A stretch of DNA of 44,407 nucleotides from the sequence record DRR378314_201, one strand, 5' to 3'. Both the position numbers and the translations under genes were made by a program. Position 1 is the stretch's first letter, and each line of letters begins with the position of its first letter. Below the pieces are notes generated by a model. The model saw nothing but the letters and a program-made list of their open reading frames with translations, made no database searches and was not told where the DNA came from. Shown here in pieces: positions 1 to 8,126 of the stretch.

Positions 1-28
1 CTGCTGTTGCTATTTTTAGTACTTCCAT
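1..28 (-). CDS. cysN: sulfate adenylyltransferase subunit 1, N-terminal fragment (runs off the window)
   Basis: Minus-strand ATG at 28 reads MEVLKIATA(G), the typical CysN start leading into the P-loop; lies directly downstream of cysD. Only 9 codons are visible. Confidence 0.7.
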
Positions 29-103
29 TTCTTTTGTGTTTTGTATTTGGCGTTAGATTTTGTTGACATTATTTTAATTGTCAACCTGCTTCAAATGCCG
101 ACT

Positions 104-1060
104 TTAAAAGTATCCTTGTTGTTTTCTTTTCTCCATTGCAGCTTCGGAACGCTTGTCGTCTATCCTTGCTCCCCTTTCGGATATCTTGGATTCCCTAATT
201 TCCCCTACTACCTTTTCAATGGTATCTGCATGGGAAAGCACCGCGGAAGTACAACTCATATCCCCTACAGTTCTAAAACGAACCATACGTTCCTCCACTT
301 TTTCATCTTCAGCACGGAAAACCACATCATCTTCTGCAGACCATATAAATCCGTCCCTTAGGAATATCTTTCTCTTATGGGCAAAATAGATGGAAGGTAT
401 TTCTATTTCCTCTTTTTGGATATAGCTCCAAACATCCAATTCCGTCCAGTTACTAATTGGAAAAACCCTTACGTTCTGTCCCAACTCAATCTGACCGTTC
501 AACATGTCGAACAATTCTGGACGCTGATTTTTCTCATCCCACTGACCAAAATCGTCACGAACGGAGAAGATACGTTCTTTGGCACGTGCCTTTTCCTCAT
601 CCCTTCTTGCTCCACCAATACAGGCATCAAATTTAAATTCCTCAATGGCATCCAACAAAGTGGTGGTCTGCAACATATTCCTACTGGAGTATTTACCCGT
701 TTCCTCGACCACTTTTCCTTGATCTATGGAATCTTGAACATTACGTACAATTAACTCCACTCCCAATTCCTTGACCAATTTATCCCTAAAGGCAATGGTC
801 TCAGGAAAATTATGTCCGGTATCTATATGCATTAAAGGGAAAGGTATCTTAGCCGGATAAAAGGCCTTCTGGGCCAATCTCACCAAAGTAATGGAATCCT
901 TACCCCCCGAAAACAGCAACACAGGCTTTTCAAACTGGGCCGCAACTTCCCTTAAAATATAAATAGCTTCGTTCTCCAAAGCATTATTGTTCAATACTTC
1001 CAATTCAGTCGATTCGTTCACGCCTACTAATGTTTCCAATTCTGATTCTACAATGCTCAC
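104..1060 (-). CDS. cysD: sulfate adenylyltransferase subunit 2
   Basis: SGGKDS PP-loop, HIDTGHNF, GGARRDEEKARAKER, RFRTVGD and C-terminal MEKRKQQGYF; GTG start, exact start uncertain. Confidence 0.95.
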   Translation of the reverse strand: MSIVESELETLVGVNESTELEVLNNNALENEAIYILREVAAQFEKPVLLFSGGKDSITLVRLAQKAFYPAKIPFPLMHIDTGHNFPETIAFRDKLVKELGVELIVRNVQDSIDQGKVVEETGKYSSRNMLQTTTLLDAIEEFKFDACIGGARRDEEKARAKERIFSVRDDFGQWDEKNQRPELFDMLNGQIELGQNVRVFPISNWTELDVWSYIQKEEIEIPSIYFAHKRKIFLRDGFIWSAEDDVVFRAEDEKVEERMVRFRTVGDMSCTSAVLSHADTIEKVVGEIRESKISERGARIDDKRSEAAMEKRKQQGYF

Positions 1061-1124
1061 AATAATTCTGAATTTAATTGGCTTCCCCTAAAGGAACAGT
1101 TCACCAATTGTTAATATTATTTTC

Positions 1125-1748
1125 TTAGGTATGTAATCCACATTCCCGGTTTTCCAAAACCTTGGTGGGGTCAAAATATTTATGTTCATTGGGCAAATTC
1201 CTATCCTTGAGGTAGGCATCCAACTGACTATCGTTATAATGGTAAAAAGGACTCACCTTCAAAACCCCGTCCCTACTTAAACTTAGAATATCCAAAGAAT
1301 CCCTCAAAGCTGTTTGACCTTGTCTTAGGTTCGTAAACCAAACATCTGGCTTATGCTCCTCCATAGCCCTTCTAAACGGCTCCAATTTCACCTGCTCCGT
1401 AAAAAGCTGATGCCTTGGATCATCTATCCCAGGAATTCCCATTATGGCATCCCTATGAGAGGAAGTTTGTTTGGGCACATATAATTTCACATTCAAATGC
1501 AATCTTGCAATCAGCTCTTCGGCATGCTTGTAGGTATTGGGCGTATTATAACCAGTATCGCACCAAACAACAGGGATATGAGGGGATACATCCGTCACCG
1601 CATGCAAAATAGCCACTTCATATGGACGGAAATTTGTGGTTACCAATGGATTCTTGGCAGACTGTATTGCCCAGGAAATTATTTCTTCTGGTGGTATACC
1701 TTTAAATTGTTGGTTTAATTTGTGTATTTGCTCCTCTGTATATGCCAT
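1125..1748 (-). CDS. cysH: phosphoadenosine phosphosulfate (PAPS/APS) reductase family protein
   Basis: DTGY motif, KLEPF and C-terminal ECGLH; start moved to ATG 1748 (MAYTEE) to avoid overlap with the upstream gene. Confidence 0.88.
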   Translation of the reverse strand: MAYTEEQIHKLNQQFKGIPPEEIISWAIQSAKNPLVTTNFRPYEVAILHAVTDVSPHIPVVWCDTGYNTPNTYKHAEELIARLHLNVKLYVPKQTSSHRDAIMGIPGIDDPRHQLFTEQVKLEPFRRAMEEHKPDVWFTNLRQGQTALRDSLDILSLSRDGVLKVSPFYHYNDSQLDAYLKDRNLPNEHKYFDPTKVLENRECGLHT

Positions 1749-1785
1749 TGTCCTCAAATCTTTAATTACTTTGAATTTTGCCTTT

Positions 1786-2055
1786 TTATTTTCCCCAATT
1801 AATCTTGTTCCAGATTCTTTCATGAAAGAAATACAACAACATCTTGGTAAACAACTCTACAACACCTATTGAAAATGCAACTGACAATGTCCCGGTAACG
1901 ATCCAAGAAATAAGAATGGTATCCAAGGTTCCAATAATTCTCCAACTAATAGATTTGGCAATACTCCTTTTAGGATTTTCGGAAATCTTATCCGCCTTAT
2001 AGCTTTTAGTGACAGTACTTGAATTATTATTTGCAATTAATTGTTCAGCAATCAT
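1786..2055 (-). CDS. DUF2061 family small membrane protein
   Basis: RSIAKSISWRIIG...YFFHERIW signature with two hydrophobic segments; first gene of the cys operon. Confidence 0.8.
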   Translation of the reverse strand: MIAEQLIANNNSSTVTKSYKADKISENPKRSIAKSISWRIIGTLDTILISWIVTGTLSVAFSIGVVELFTKMLLYFFHERIWNKINWGK

Positions 2056-2076
2056 ATGACAAAAAACTTAAATTTA

Positions 2077-2101
2077 TTACCCTATCGATTTAATAGAGTA
2101 A
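2077..2101. promoter_or_regulatory. candidate Rrf2-family operator 1
   Basis: TTACCCTAT-CGATTTA-ATAGAGTAA, a 9-7-9 inverted repeat (8/9 match) directly next to the -7 box. Confidence 0.6.
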
Positions 2102-2102
2102 G

Positions 2103-2110
2103 CAAAAATA
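2103..2110 (-). promoter_or_regulatory. Bacteroidota -7 promoter box of the cys operon
   Basis: Minus strand TATTTTTG fits TAnnTTTG, about 50 nt upstream of the ATG at 2055. Confidence 0.55.
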
Positions 2111-2156
2111 GAAATATTTTGCAAACCACCATAAAAAAATAAAGTTAAAATTCAAC

Positions 2157-2181
2157 TTACCCTATAAATTTAGTAGATTAA
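2157..2181. promoter_or_regulatory. candidate Rrf2-family operator 2
   Basis: TTACCCTATAAATTTAGTAGATTAA, 21/25 identical to the site at 2077-2101 and 80 bp from it. Confidence 0.55.
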
Positions 2182-2273
2182 TAAAATATCGCTCGAATTT
2201 TGAAGATTATTAATGCTTCTAACCAAATTGAAGCATAAACCAAAACACTAACCTAAAAATTATTACTTATCCC

Positions 2274-2684
2274 CTAGGGTACCAGATCGGCAAGCGTATT
2301 GTTCTTAAAGACCTCAAGGGTACTGTCCCTGACCTGTAGCATCAATTTATGTACGGAACAGCTGGCCTCATCGGGACAGTCCTCACATTTCTCGTAGAAG
2401 TTTAAACTTACACAGGGAACCATAGCGATAGGACCTTCCAGCACCCTCATGACCGTAGTCATTGGAATATCCTTGGGTTCCTTAATAAGGTAATAGCCTC
2501 CACCTTTTCCTTTTTTGGAACCGAGAAGTCCTGTTTTTCTCAAAGTGAGAAGAATACTCTCCAGAAACTTTTGGGAAATGTTCTCATGTTTGGCTATTTC
2601 AGAAATCTGAACAGGGGAACGTCCTTTTTGTGCCGCCAAGAAGGTCAGCGCCTTTAATCCGTATTTTGTCTTTTTGGAAAGCAT
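2274..2684 (-). CDS. Rrf2 family transcriptional regulator
   Basis: MLSKKTKYGLKAL start, winged HTH with SKKGKGGGYYL, and C-terminal Cys cluster CVSLNFYEKCEDCPDEASC; start set at ATG 2684. Confidence 0.92.
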   Translation of the reverse strand: MLSKKTKYGLKALTFLAAQKGRSPVQISEIAKHENISQKFLESILLTLRKTGLLGSKKGKGGGYYLIKEPKDIPMTTVMRVLEGPIAMVPCVSLNFYEKCEDCPDEASCSVHKLMLQVRDSTLEVFKNNTLADLVP

Positions 2685-2779
2685 GAAGCGAAGATAAGGA
2701 AAATTAACATTCGCAATAAGACATGCCACATTTTTACAAAAACAGCTTGGGCACCACCTCAAGCTCACTAAAAAATAGC

Positions 2780-3949
2780 CTATCCCAGTGCTTGTTCAAT
2801 ATCCGCAATGATATCATCTATATGCTCCAAGCCTACCGAAACCCGTACCATACCATCCGTGATTCCGGACGCCATTCTTTCTTCCACGGACAATTTACTA
2901 TGCGTGGTAGACGCAGGGTGTGTGACTATACTTCTTGAGTCCCCTAAATTAGCGGACAATGACAACATTTTTATAGCATTGAAGAATTTTTGTCCGGCTT
3001 CAACCCCTCCCTTTACTTCAAAAGCTACAACGCAGCCCCCTGCCTTCATCTGTTTCTTGGCCACTTCATATTTGGGATGTGATTTTAAAAAGGGATATTT
3101 TACCCAATTCACCTTGGGGTGACCTTCCAAGAATTCGGCCAGCCTCAGTGCATTGTCACAATGTTTATCTACGCGCAATGCCAAAGTCTCCAAGCTTTTG
3201 GATAGCACCCAGGCATTAAACGGAGATAAAGAAGGACCAGTGATCCTGGAAAAACGATACACTTTATCTATCAAAGCTTTGTTACCCACTGTAATACCGG
3301 CCAAAACCCTTCCTTGACCATCCATTAATTTTGTTCCAGAATGGATGACTAAATCGGCCCCATACTTAATAGGTTGCTGTAAATAGGGCGAAGCAAAACA
3401 ATTATCTATGATATAGATCAAATTGTGTTTTTTGGCAAACTTGCCCAATTCCTCCAGGTCCAAAACATCCACTCCAGGATTGGTTGGAGTTTCCGCATAG
3501 ATAATTTTAGTTTTAGGAGTGACCAATTCCTCCAATTTATCCAACTCATCTATCTTGAAGTAGCTGGTTGAAACATTCCATTTTGGAAAAAATTGAGTAA
3601 ACAGACTATGGGTAGACCCAAATATACTTCTAGAAGAAATGATGTGATCCCCACTGTCCAACAGAGCAGCAAAAGTGGAAAACACCGCCGCCATACCCGA
3701 TGCAAAGGCAAAACCATCCTCGGCCCCTTCCATCTTGCAAACCTTTTCTATAAACTCGGAAGAATTGGGGTTGCTATATCTTGAATAAATATTGCGTTCC
3801 TTTTCCTCCGCGAAGGAAGCCCTCATATCTTCCGCATCCTCGAAGATAAAACTAGAGGTTAAATACATAGGTGTGGAATGCTCCAAAAATTGGGTACGCT
3901 CCGTTTGGGTGCGTATAGCTTCCGTTTCAAATTTAAAATTCTTCTTCAT
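2780..3949 (-). CDS. metZ: O-acylhomoserine sulfhydrylase, MetZ-like (trans-sulfuration PLP enzyme)
   Basis: YSRYSNP, FASGMAA, HSGTKLMDGQGR (PLP lysine, MetZ-type DGQGR), NLGD and HPASTTH. Confidence 0.8.
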   Translation of the reverse strand: MKKNFKFETEAIRTQTERTQFLEHSTPMYLTSSFIFEDAEDMRASFAEEKERNIYSRYSNPNSSEFIEKVCKMEGAEDGFAFASGMAAVFSTFAALLDSGDHIISSRSIFGSTHSLFTQFFPKWNVSTSYFKIDELDKLEELVTPKTKIIYAETPTNPGVDVLDLEELGKFAKKHNLIYIIDNCFASPYLQQPIKYGADLVIHSGTKLMDGQGRVLAGITVGNKALIDKVYRFSRITGPSLSPFNAWVLSKSLETLALRVDKHCDNALRLAEFLEGHPKVNWVKYPFLKSHPKYEVAKKQMKAGGCVVAFEVKGGVEAGQKFFNAIKMLSLSANLGDSRSIVTHPASTTHSKLSVEERMASGITDGMVRVSVGLEHIDDIIADIEQALG

Positions 3950-4022
3950 TATTTCTTATCTATCTAATTCTTTTATCTGCCATTGTCAATCATAACATTA
4001 GGCCTCGGCACACTTCTTATCG

Positions 4023-4160
4023 CTCTACTTTATCTCCGAATCCCAAAGGTGGCTAAGTGGAGTAGAAACCATACCCAACATTCTCCTTTTCAAATTTATC
4101 CGATTTCGACTACGCTCAATCTCCGGTATTCCTTGGTGGCTGAGCGGAGCCGAAGCCACA
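4023..4160. repeat. left REP-like array: two tandem units of about 87 bp, each an inverted pair of hairpin motifs
   Basis: Intact GATTTCGACTACGCTCAATC (4102-4121) and GGTGGCTGAGCGGAGCCGAAGCCAC (4135-4159); degenerate copy GGTGGCTAAGTGGAGTAGAAACCA (4048-4071, 19/24 match). Confidence 0.85.
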
Positions 4161-4166
4161 ATTCAC

Positions 4167-4490
4167 TTACGACTTGTTCTTCTCTTCAATATAATACTTA
4201 AAGTGGGTTTCATTTTTACATTCGGCAAGGCCATTTAATTTAGCCAAATCCCCGCTTATCAACACCTCTTTTTTGTCACGACTCCAACCTTGGATTTGCT
4301 TTTCACGATAAAATGCTTTATCAATCCTATCATATTCCTCTACGTAAACCAACTTAACAGGAAGTCTCTTCTTAGTATGGTTAGCACCTTTCCCTGTATT
4401 GTGTTCCTTCAACCTTTTGTCCAAATCTACCGTACTACCACAATAATAACTCCCATCTGAGCATTCCAATATGTACAGGAAACCTCTCAC
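4167..4490 (-). CDS. stand-alone GIY-YIG nuclease (UPF0213/YhbQ-like)
   Basis: FLYILECSDGSYYCGST (GIY..YIG), RLKEH and the AFYREKQI helix with the catalytic Glu; GTG start. Confidence 0.9.
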   Translation of the reverse strand: MRGFLYILECSDGSYYCGSTVDLDKRLKEHNTGKGANHTKKRLPVKLVYVEEYDRIDKAFYREKQIQGWSRDKKEVLISGDLAKLNGLAECKNETHFKYYIEEKNKS

Positions 4491-4532
4491 ACTTTATATA
4501 TAATTAAAACTGTTTTATCTCCAAAACGCATA

Positions 4533-4686
4533 ATCTCTACCTCTCAATCTAGGACATTTCCCCGGTGGCTGAGCCTGGCTGTCGGCAGACAGGCGGAGCC
4601 GAAGCCACATTCAAATTCTTTCCCTTTCAATTCTAACCGATTTCGACTACGCTCAATCTACAGCATTCCTTGGTGGCTGAGCCACA
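4533..4686. repeat. right REP-like array, a direct repeat of the left array
   Basis: 4637-4682 matches 4100-4145 at 43/46 positions; the copy at 4564-4608 has a 20-bp insertion and the copy at 4672-4685 has an 11-bp deletion. Confidence 0.85.
4574..4593. mobile_element. 20-bp imperfect palindrome inserted into a REP-like motif
   Basis: CCTGGCTGTCGGCAGACAGG; removing it restores GGTGGCTGAGCGGAGCCGAAGCCAC exactly as seen at 4135-4159. Confidence 0.65.
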
Positions 4687-4690
4687 AAAC

Positions 4691-7600
4691 TTATCCTTTT
4701 TCCGCAATACGCAATATATCCCCAAAAACACCTCTGGCAGTTACCGCAGCTCCAGCACCTGCGCCTTGTATAACCAATGGATGCTGCCCATAAGACTCCG
4801 TATATATTTCAATGATGGAATCGGACCCCTTAATCTGTCCGAGCGCGCTTTCTTTGGGAACCGAAATCAACTTTACTTCCAATTTCCCTTTTTCCTTCTG
4901 TAGGTCACCGGATAGATCCCCTACATAACGCAGAACATGACCTGGTTTTTGTGAATTCTTTATCTTGCTAAACTTTTCATCCAAGATATCCAATCGCTCC
5001 AAAAAGCCCTTTACATCACCATCCTGCAAAGATTCCGGGATTAAATTTTCAATGAGAATGTCCGAAAACTCATTGCTAAGATCCAGCTCCCTGGCCAAAA
5101 TCAATAATTTCCTGCCCACATCATTGCCGGAAAGGTCTTCGCGTGGATCCGGTTCTGTATACCCCAAGTCCATGGCTTCTTTCAAAATTTCGGAGAACAA
5201 GGCATCCTTTTCCGAAAAAGTGTTGAAGATATAGCTTAAGGATCCAGAGAACACCCCTTTTATCCTTGTAATATTTTCCCCTGAAAGATGTAACAATTTA
5301 ATAGTGTCTATCAACGGCAATCCCGCACCTACATTGGTTTCATATAAATATTGCTTTTGATGCTTGGCGAGTTCTTCCCTAAGCAGCTGATAATAATCAA
5401 AGCGCAAGGTATTGGCAATCTTATTGGACGACACCAAATCGAAACCATTGTCCACAAAATCAAAATAAGAGGCCACAAATTCTTCATTGGCAGTATTGTC
5501 TACCGCAATAAGGTTCTCCAAATGATTGTCCTTGGCATATTTAAATATATCGTCTAACTCGTAAGGTACTGCCTTTGTTTCCATGGAGCTTTTCCAATTT
5601 TTGGAAATGCCGTTTTTATTCAAAAGCACCTTTTTAGAATTGGCCACTGCAAAAACATTGATATGGATGCCCTTTCTTTTTTCGATGGTTTTGTTCGATT
5701 TAAGAATTTGATCAATGAGGGTCCCCCCCACATTTCCATGACCAAAAATGGCCAAATTTACTTTTTTGCTTATGCCAAATATCTGCCCGTGTACTACATT
5801 TAGTGCCTTGTGCAAATCTGATTTCTTTACCACCAGACTCACATTTTTTCCCGAAACGGTATTGTTGAACAACAAGGGAACCACTTGGTTTTTTATAAGC
5901 GCATTGAAAGGCTTGTGAAAAGTACTCAAGTCCTGTCCTACGATAGAAATAACGGATACTTGATCTATAACGGTAATATTGTTTATATCCTGTAGCTTGA
6001 AATCGGTCTGAAATTCCTCTTCCAAAGAAGATTTGGCCAAGGCGGCATTTTTAGCGTCGACCACCAAACCAATACCTCTTTCCGATGACCCCTGGGAAAT
6101 AATACTAACACTTATGTTATTATTGCCCATTGTCCTAAAGATACGGGCATCTACCCCTACCTTGCCCAATAAACCGCGCCCTTCCAAATTGATCAAGGCC
6201 ATATTTTCAATAACGGACAAGGATTTTATACCTTCCTTACTGGTCTTGGCACTGATCAAGGTGCCCTCGTTATCGTTATTGAAGGTATTTAGGATCCGCA
6301 GTGGAATATTCTTTTCTATTAATGGAATAATAGTCTTCGCATGCAGAATGTTGGTTCCAAAATTTGCCAACTCATTGGCCTCACTATAGGAAAGTTCAGA
6401 AATTCTTTTGGCCTCTGTAACCAAATCAGGGTTGGCCGTAAATATACCATCTACATGGGTATAGTTCTGCAACTCTTCGGCATTGAGGTAATTGGCCAAT
6501 AAGGCGGCGGAATAATTACTTCCGTTTCTACCCAAGGTGGTTGTTTCGTTAAGTTCATTGGATGCAATAAAACCAGTAGTTACCACTACGGCATCCAGAT
6601 CCAATTTCCCAAACTCACTTTTTACATTTTCCTTGGACAGGGTCTCCAAGACTTTGGCATCCCCAAAGTTGGAATCTGTTTTAATGAGCTGTCTGGAATC
6701 AATAAACTTGGCATTGACACCTCTACCAATTAGTAATTTGGTCACCAATTTTGCCGAAAGCAACTCTCCAAAAGCTAAAACCTGATCTTTTATTTTAGGG
6801 CTATAATCTCCCAACAGTGCCACACCTTCAAATAACTTTACCAATCCCTTAAATTCCTCTGAGAGATTTACATTACCGTAAGCGTGTTGTTGATATTTTT
6901 CAAATTCTTCAAAATCCTTTACATAATCCAACCCCTTGGCCGCTTTGTCCAGCATCGCTTCCAATTCGTCCGTAGCCTTGTTCCTGGCAGAAACCACTAC
7001 GGCAATATTCTCACCATCTGTAACCTTGTCGGTTATTATCTGAAGTACAGTATCCAAGCCCTCTCCATTGGCCAATGACTTGCCACCAAATTTAAGGACC
7101 TTGACTTTTTTAGATCTTCCATTACGCTCAAAAACTCCCTTTAGCAACTCCTCCATTTGATTGAATTCGATCAAGAAGGCATCGTGCCCGTGCAGGGAAT
7201 GTATTTCCCCATAAGTGACATTGCTGTTGGCCTGGGCCAATTTCTTAAAGGTATCCTTGTTTTCCTGTGCAGTAAAAAAAAGGTCGGAATCTACTCCAAT
7301 GATATGGATATTGGTATCACTATTCTGAAGATTAATGAATGCCTCTTCCCCATTTCTATTGATATCAATAGTCTTCAGCAGTTGATTCATTAGTTTATAG
7401 GCCGACAATTGAAAACGTTCCTGTAATTTTTTACCATGGTGCGTTAGCCAACTCTCTACATTAAAGACTTTAAGTTCCTCGTTGGTGCTTCTTTTAAAAC
7501 GCTCCTTAAAGGATTCCGGCGTCCTATAGCATAGCATGGCATGCATACGCGCATCATGTACGGGCTGCTTGGAGTTCACCAAAAACTGCTCCTGAATCTG

Positions 7601-8077
7601 GCAATTGGCAATAAGCCAGTCCGTAGACTTCCAATCAGATGCTACCGGAATAAGATGCTCCGTTAAGTGAGGATCAATAGCCGCCATTTCCCACGCGATA
7701 CCTCCACCTAAAGAACCACCTATAAGGGCATATAACTTACTTATTTTTAAGGCCTCCAGTCCCAGAAGGAAAATCTTGGCTATGTCCTTGGCAACAAAAT
7801 CCTTATAATTATCTATTACAAAACCGTCGTACCCATTTCCTGGTATATTAAAGCAAAGAATGGTGTATTTCTTGGTATCTATACATTTGCCCTCTCCTAT
7901 CAAGGTTGTCCACCAGCCATTTTCGCCTGCCACATTGGAATTACCTGTAAGGGCATGGTTCACCATTATAATTGGTGCGGAATGCAAGGGTTGGCCAAAG
8001 AGCTCGTAGGACAAATTAATATCCAAGGTTTTGCCGCTATAGGTAACGTATTTATTTATTGAAAGATGATGTAACAT
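4691..8077 (-). CDS. thrA: trifunctional fusion: homoserine O-acyltransferase (MetX fold) + aspartate kinase + homoserine dehydrogenase
   Basis: N-terminal ~315 aa with HALTG, GGSLGG and HGHDAFL; then KFGGKSL, TTTLGRNGSNYSA, ACT region, GHGNVG, YETNVGAGLP, EPDPREDLSG and GAGAAVTA, all in one frame. Confidence 0.93.
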   Translation of the reverse strand: MLHHLSINKYVTYSGKTLDINLSYELFGQPLHSAPIIMVNHALTGNSNVAGENGWWTTLIGEGKCIDTKKYTILCFNIPGNGYDGFVIDNYKDFVAKDIAKIFLLGLEALKISKLYALIGGSLGGGIAWEMAAIDPHLTEHLIPVASDWKSTDWLIANCQIQEQFLVNSKQPVHDARMHAMLCYRTPESFKERFKRSTNEELKVFNVESWLTHHGKKLQERFQLSAYKLMNQLLKTIDINRNGEEAFINLQNSDTNIHIIGVDSDLFFTAQENKDTFKKLAQANSNVTYGEIHSLHGHDAFLIEFNQMEELLKGVFERNGRSKKVKVLKFGGKSLANGEGLDTVLQIITDKVTDGENIAVVVSARNKATDELEAMLDKAAKGLDYVKDFEEFEKYQQHAYGNVNLSEEFKGLVKLFEGVALLGDYSPKIKDQVLAFGELLSAKLVTKLLIGRGVNAKFIDSRQLIKTDSNFGDAKVLETLSKENVKSEFGKLDLDAVVVTTGFIASNELNETTTLGRNGSNYSAALLANYLNAEELQNYTHVDGIFTANPDLVTEAKRISELSYSEANELANFGTNILHAKTIIPLIEKNIPLRILNTFNNDNEGTLISAKTSKEGIKSLSVIENMALINLEGRGLLGKVGVDARIFRTMGNNNISVSIISQGSSERGIGLVVDAKNAALAKSSLEEEFQTDFKLQDINNITVIDQVSVISIVGQDLSTFHKPFNALIKNQVVPLLFNNTVSGKNVSLVVKKSDLHKALNVVHGQIFGISKKVNLAIFGHGNVGGTLIDQILKSNKTIEKRKGIHINVFAVANSKKVLLNKNGISKNWKSSMETKAVPYELDDIFKYAKDNHLENLIAVDNTANEEFVASYFDFVDNGFDLVSSNKIANTLRFDYYQLLREELAKHQKQYLYETNVGAGLPLIDTIKLLHLSGENITRIKGVFSGSLSYIFNTFSEKDALFSEILKEAMDLGYTEPDPREDLSGNDVGRKLLILARELDLSNEFSDILIENLIPESLQDGDVKGFLERLDILDEKFSKIKNSQKPGHVLRYVGDLSGDLQKEKGKLEVKLISVPKESALGQIKGSDSIIEIYTESYGQHPLVIQGAGAGAAVTARGVFGDILRIAEKG

Positions 8078-8126
8078 AGATTGTTTGAACTAGTAATTTT
8101 CTTGAAAGAACATGGTCATTTATTAT

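Noticed and set aside
2685-2768. N-terminal extensions in the ORF track (Rrf2; likewise cysH, the kinase, 2TM, SDR, A2M and DUF4136)
   Set aside because: Longest-ORF artefacts; family-typical N-termini or signal peptides begin at downstream ATGs.
4001-4025. GGCCTCGGC...CGCTC as an additional inverted repeat copy
   Set aside because: Too degenerate to support; it needs an arbitrary internal insertion.
3983-4201. 72-aa plus-strand ORF containing VAERSRSH
   Set aside because: It is a translation of the repeat array with a TTG start and no recognisable domain.
4023-4686. CRISPR array or classical IS
   Set aside because: Motifs alternate in orientation, the spacers resemble each other, and there are no cas genes, transposase or terminal inverted repeats.
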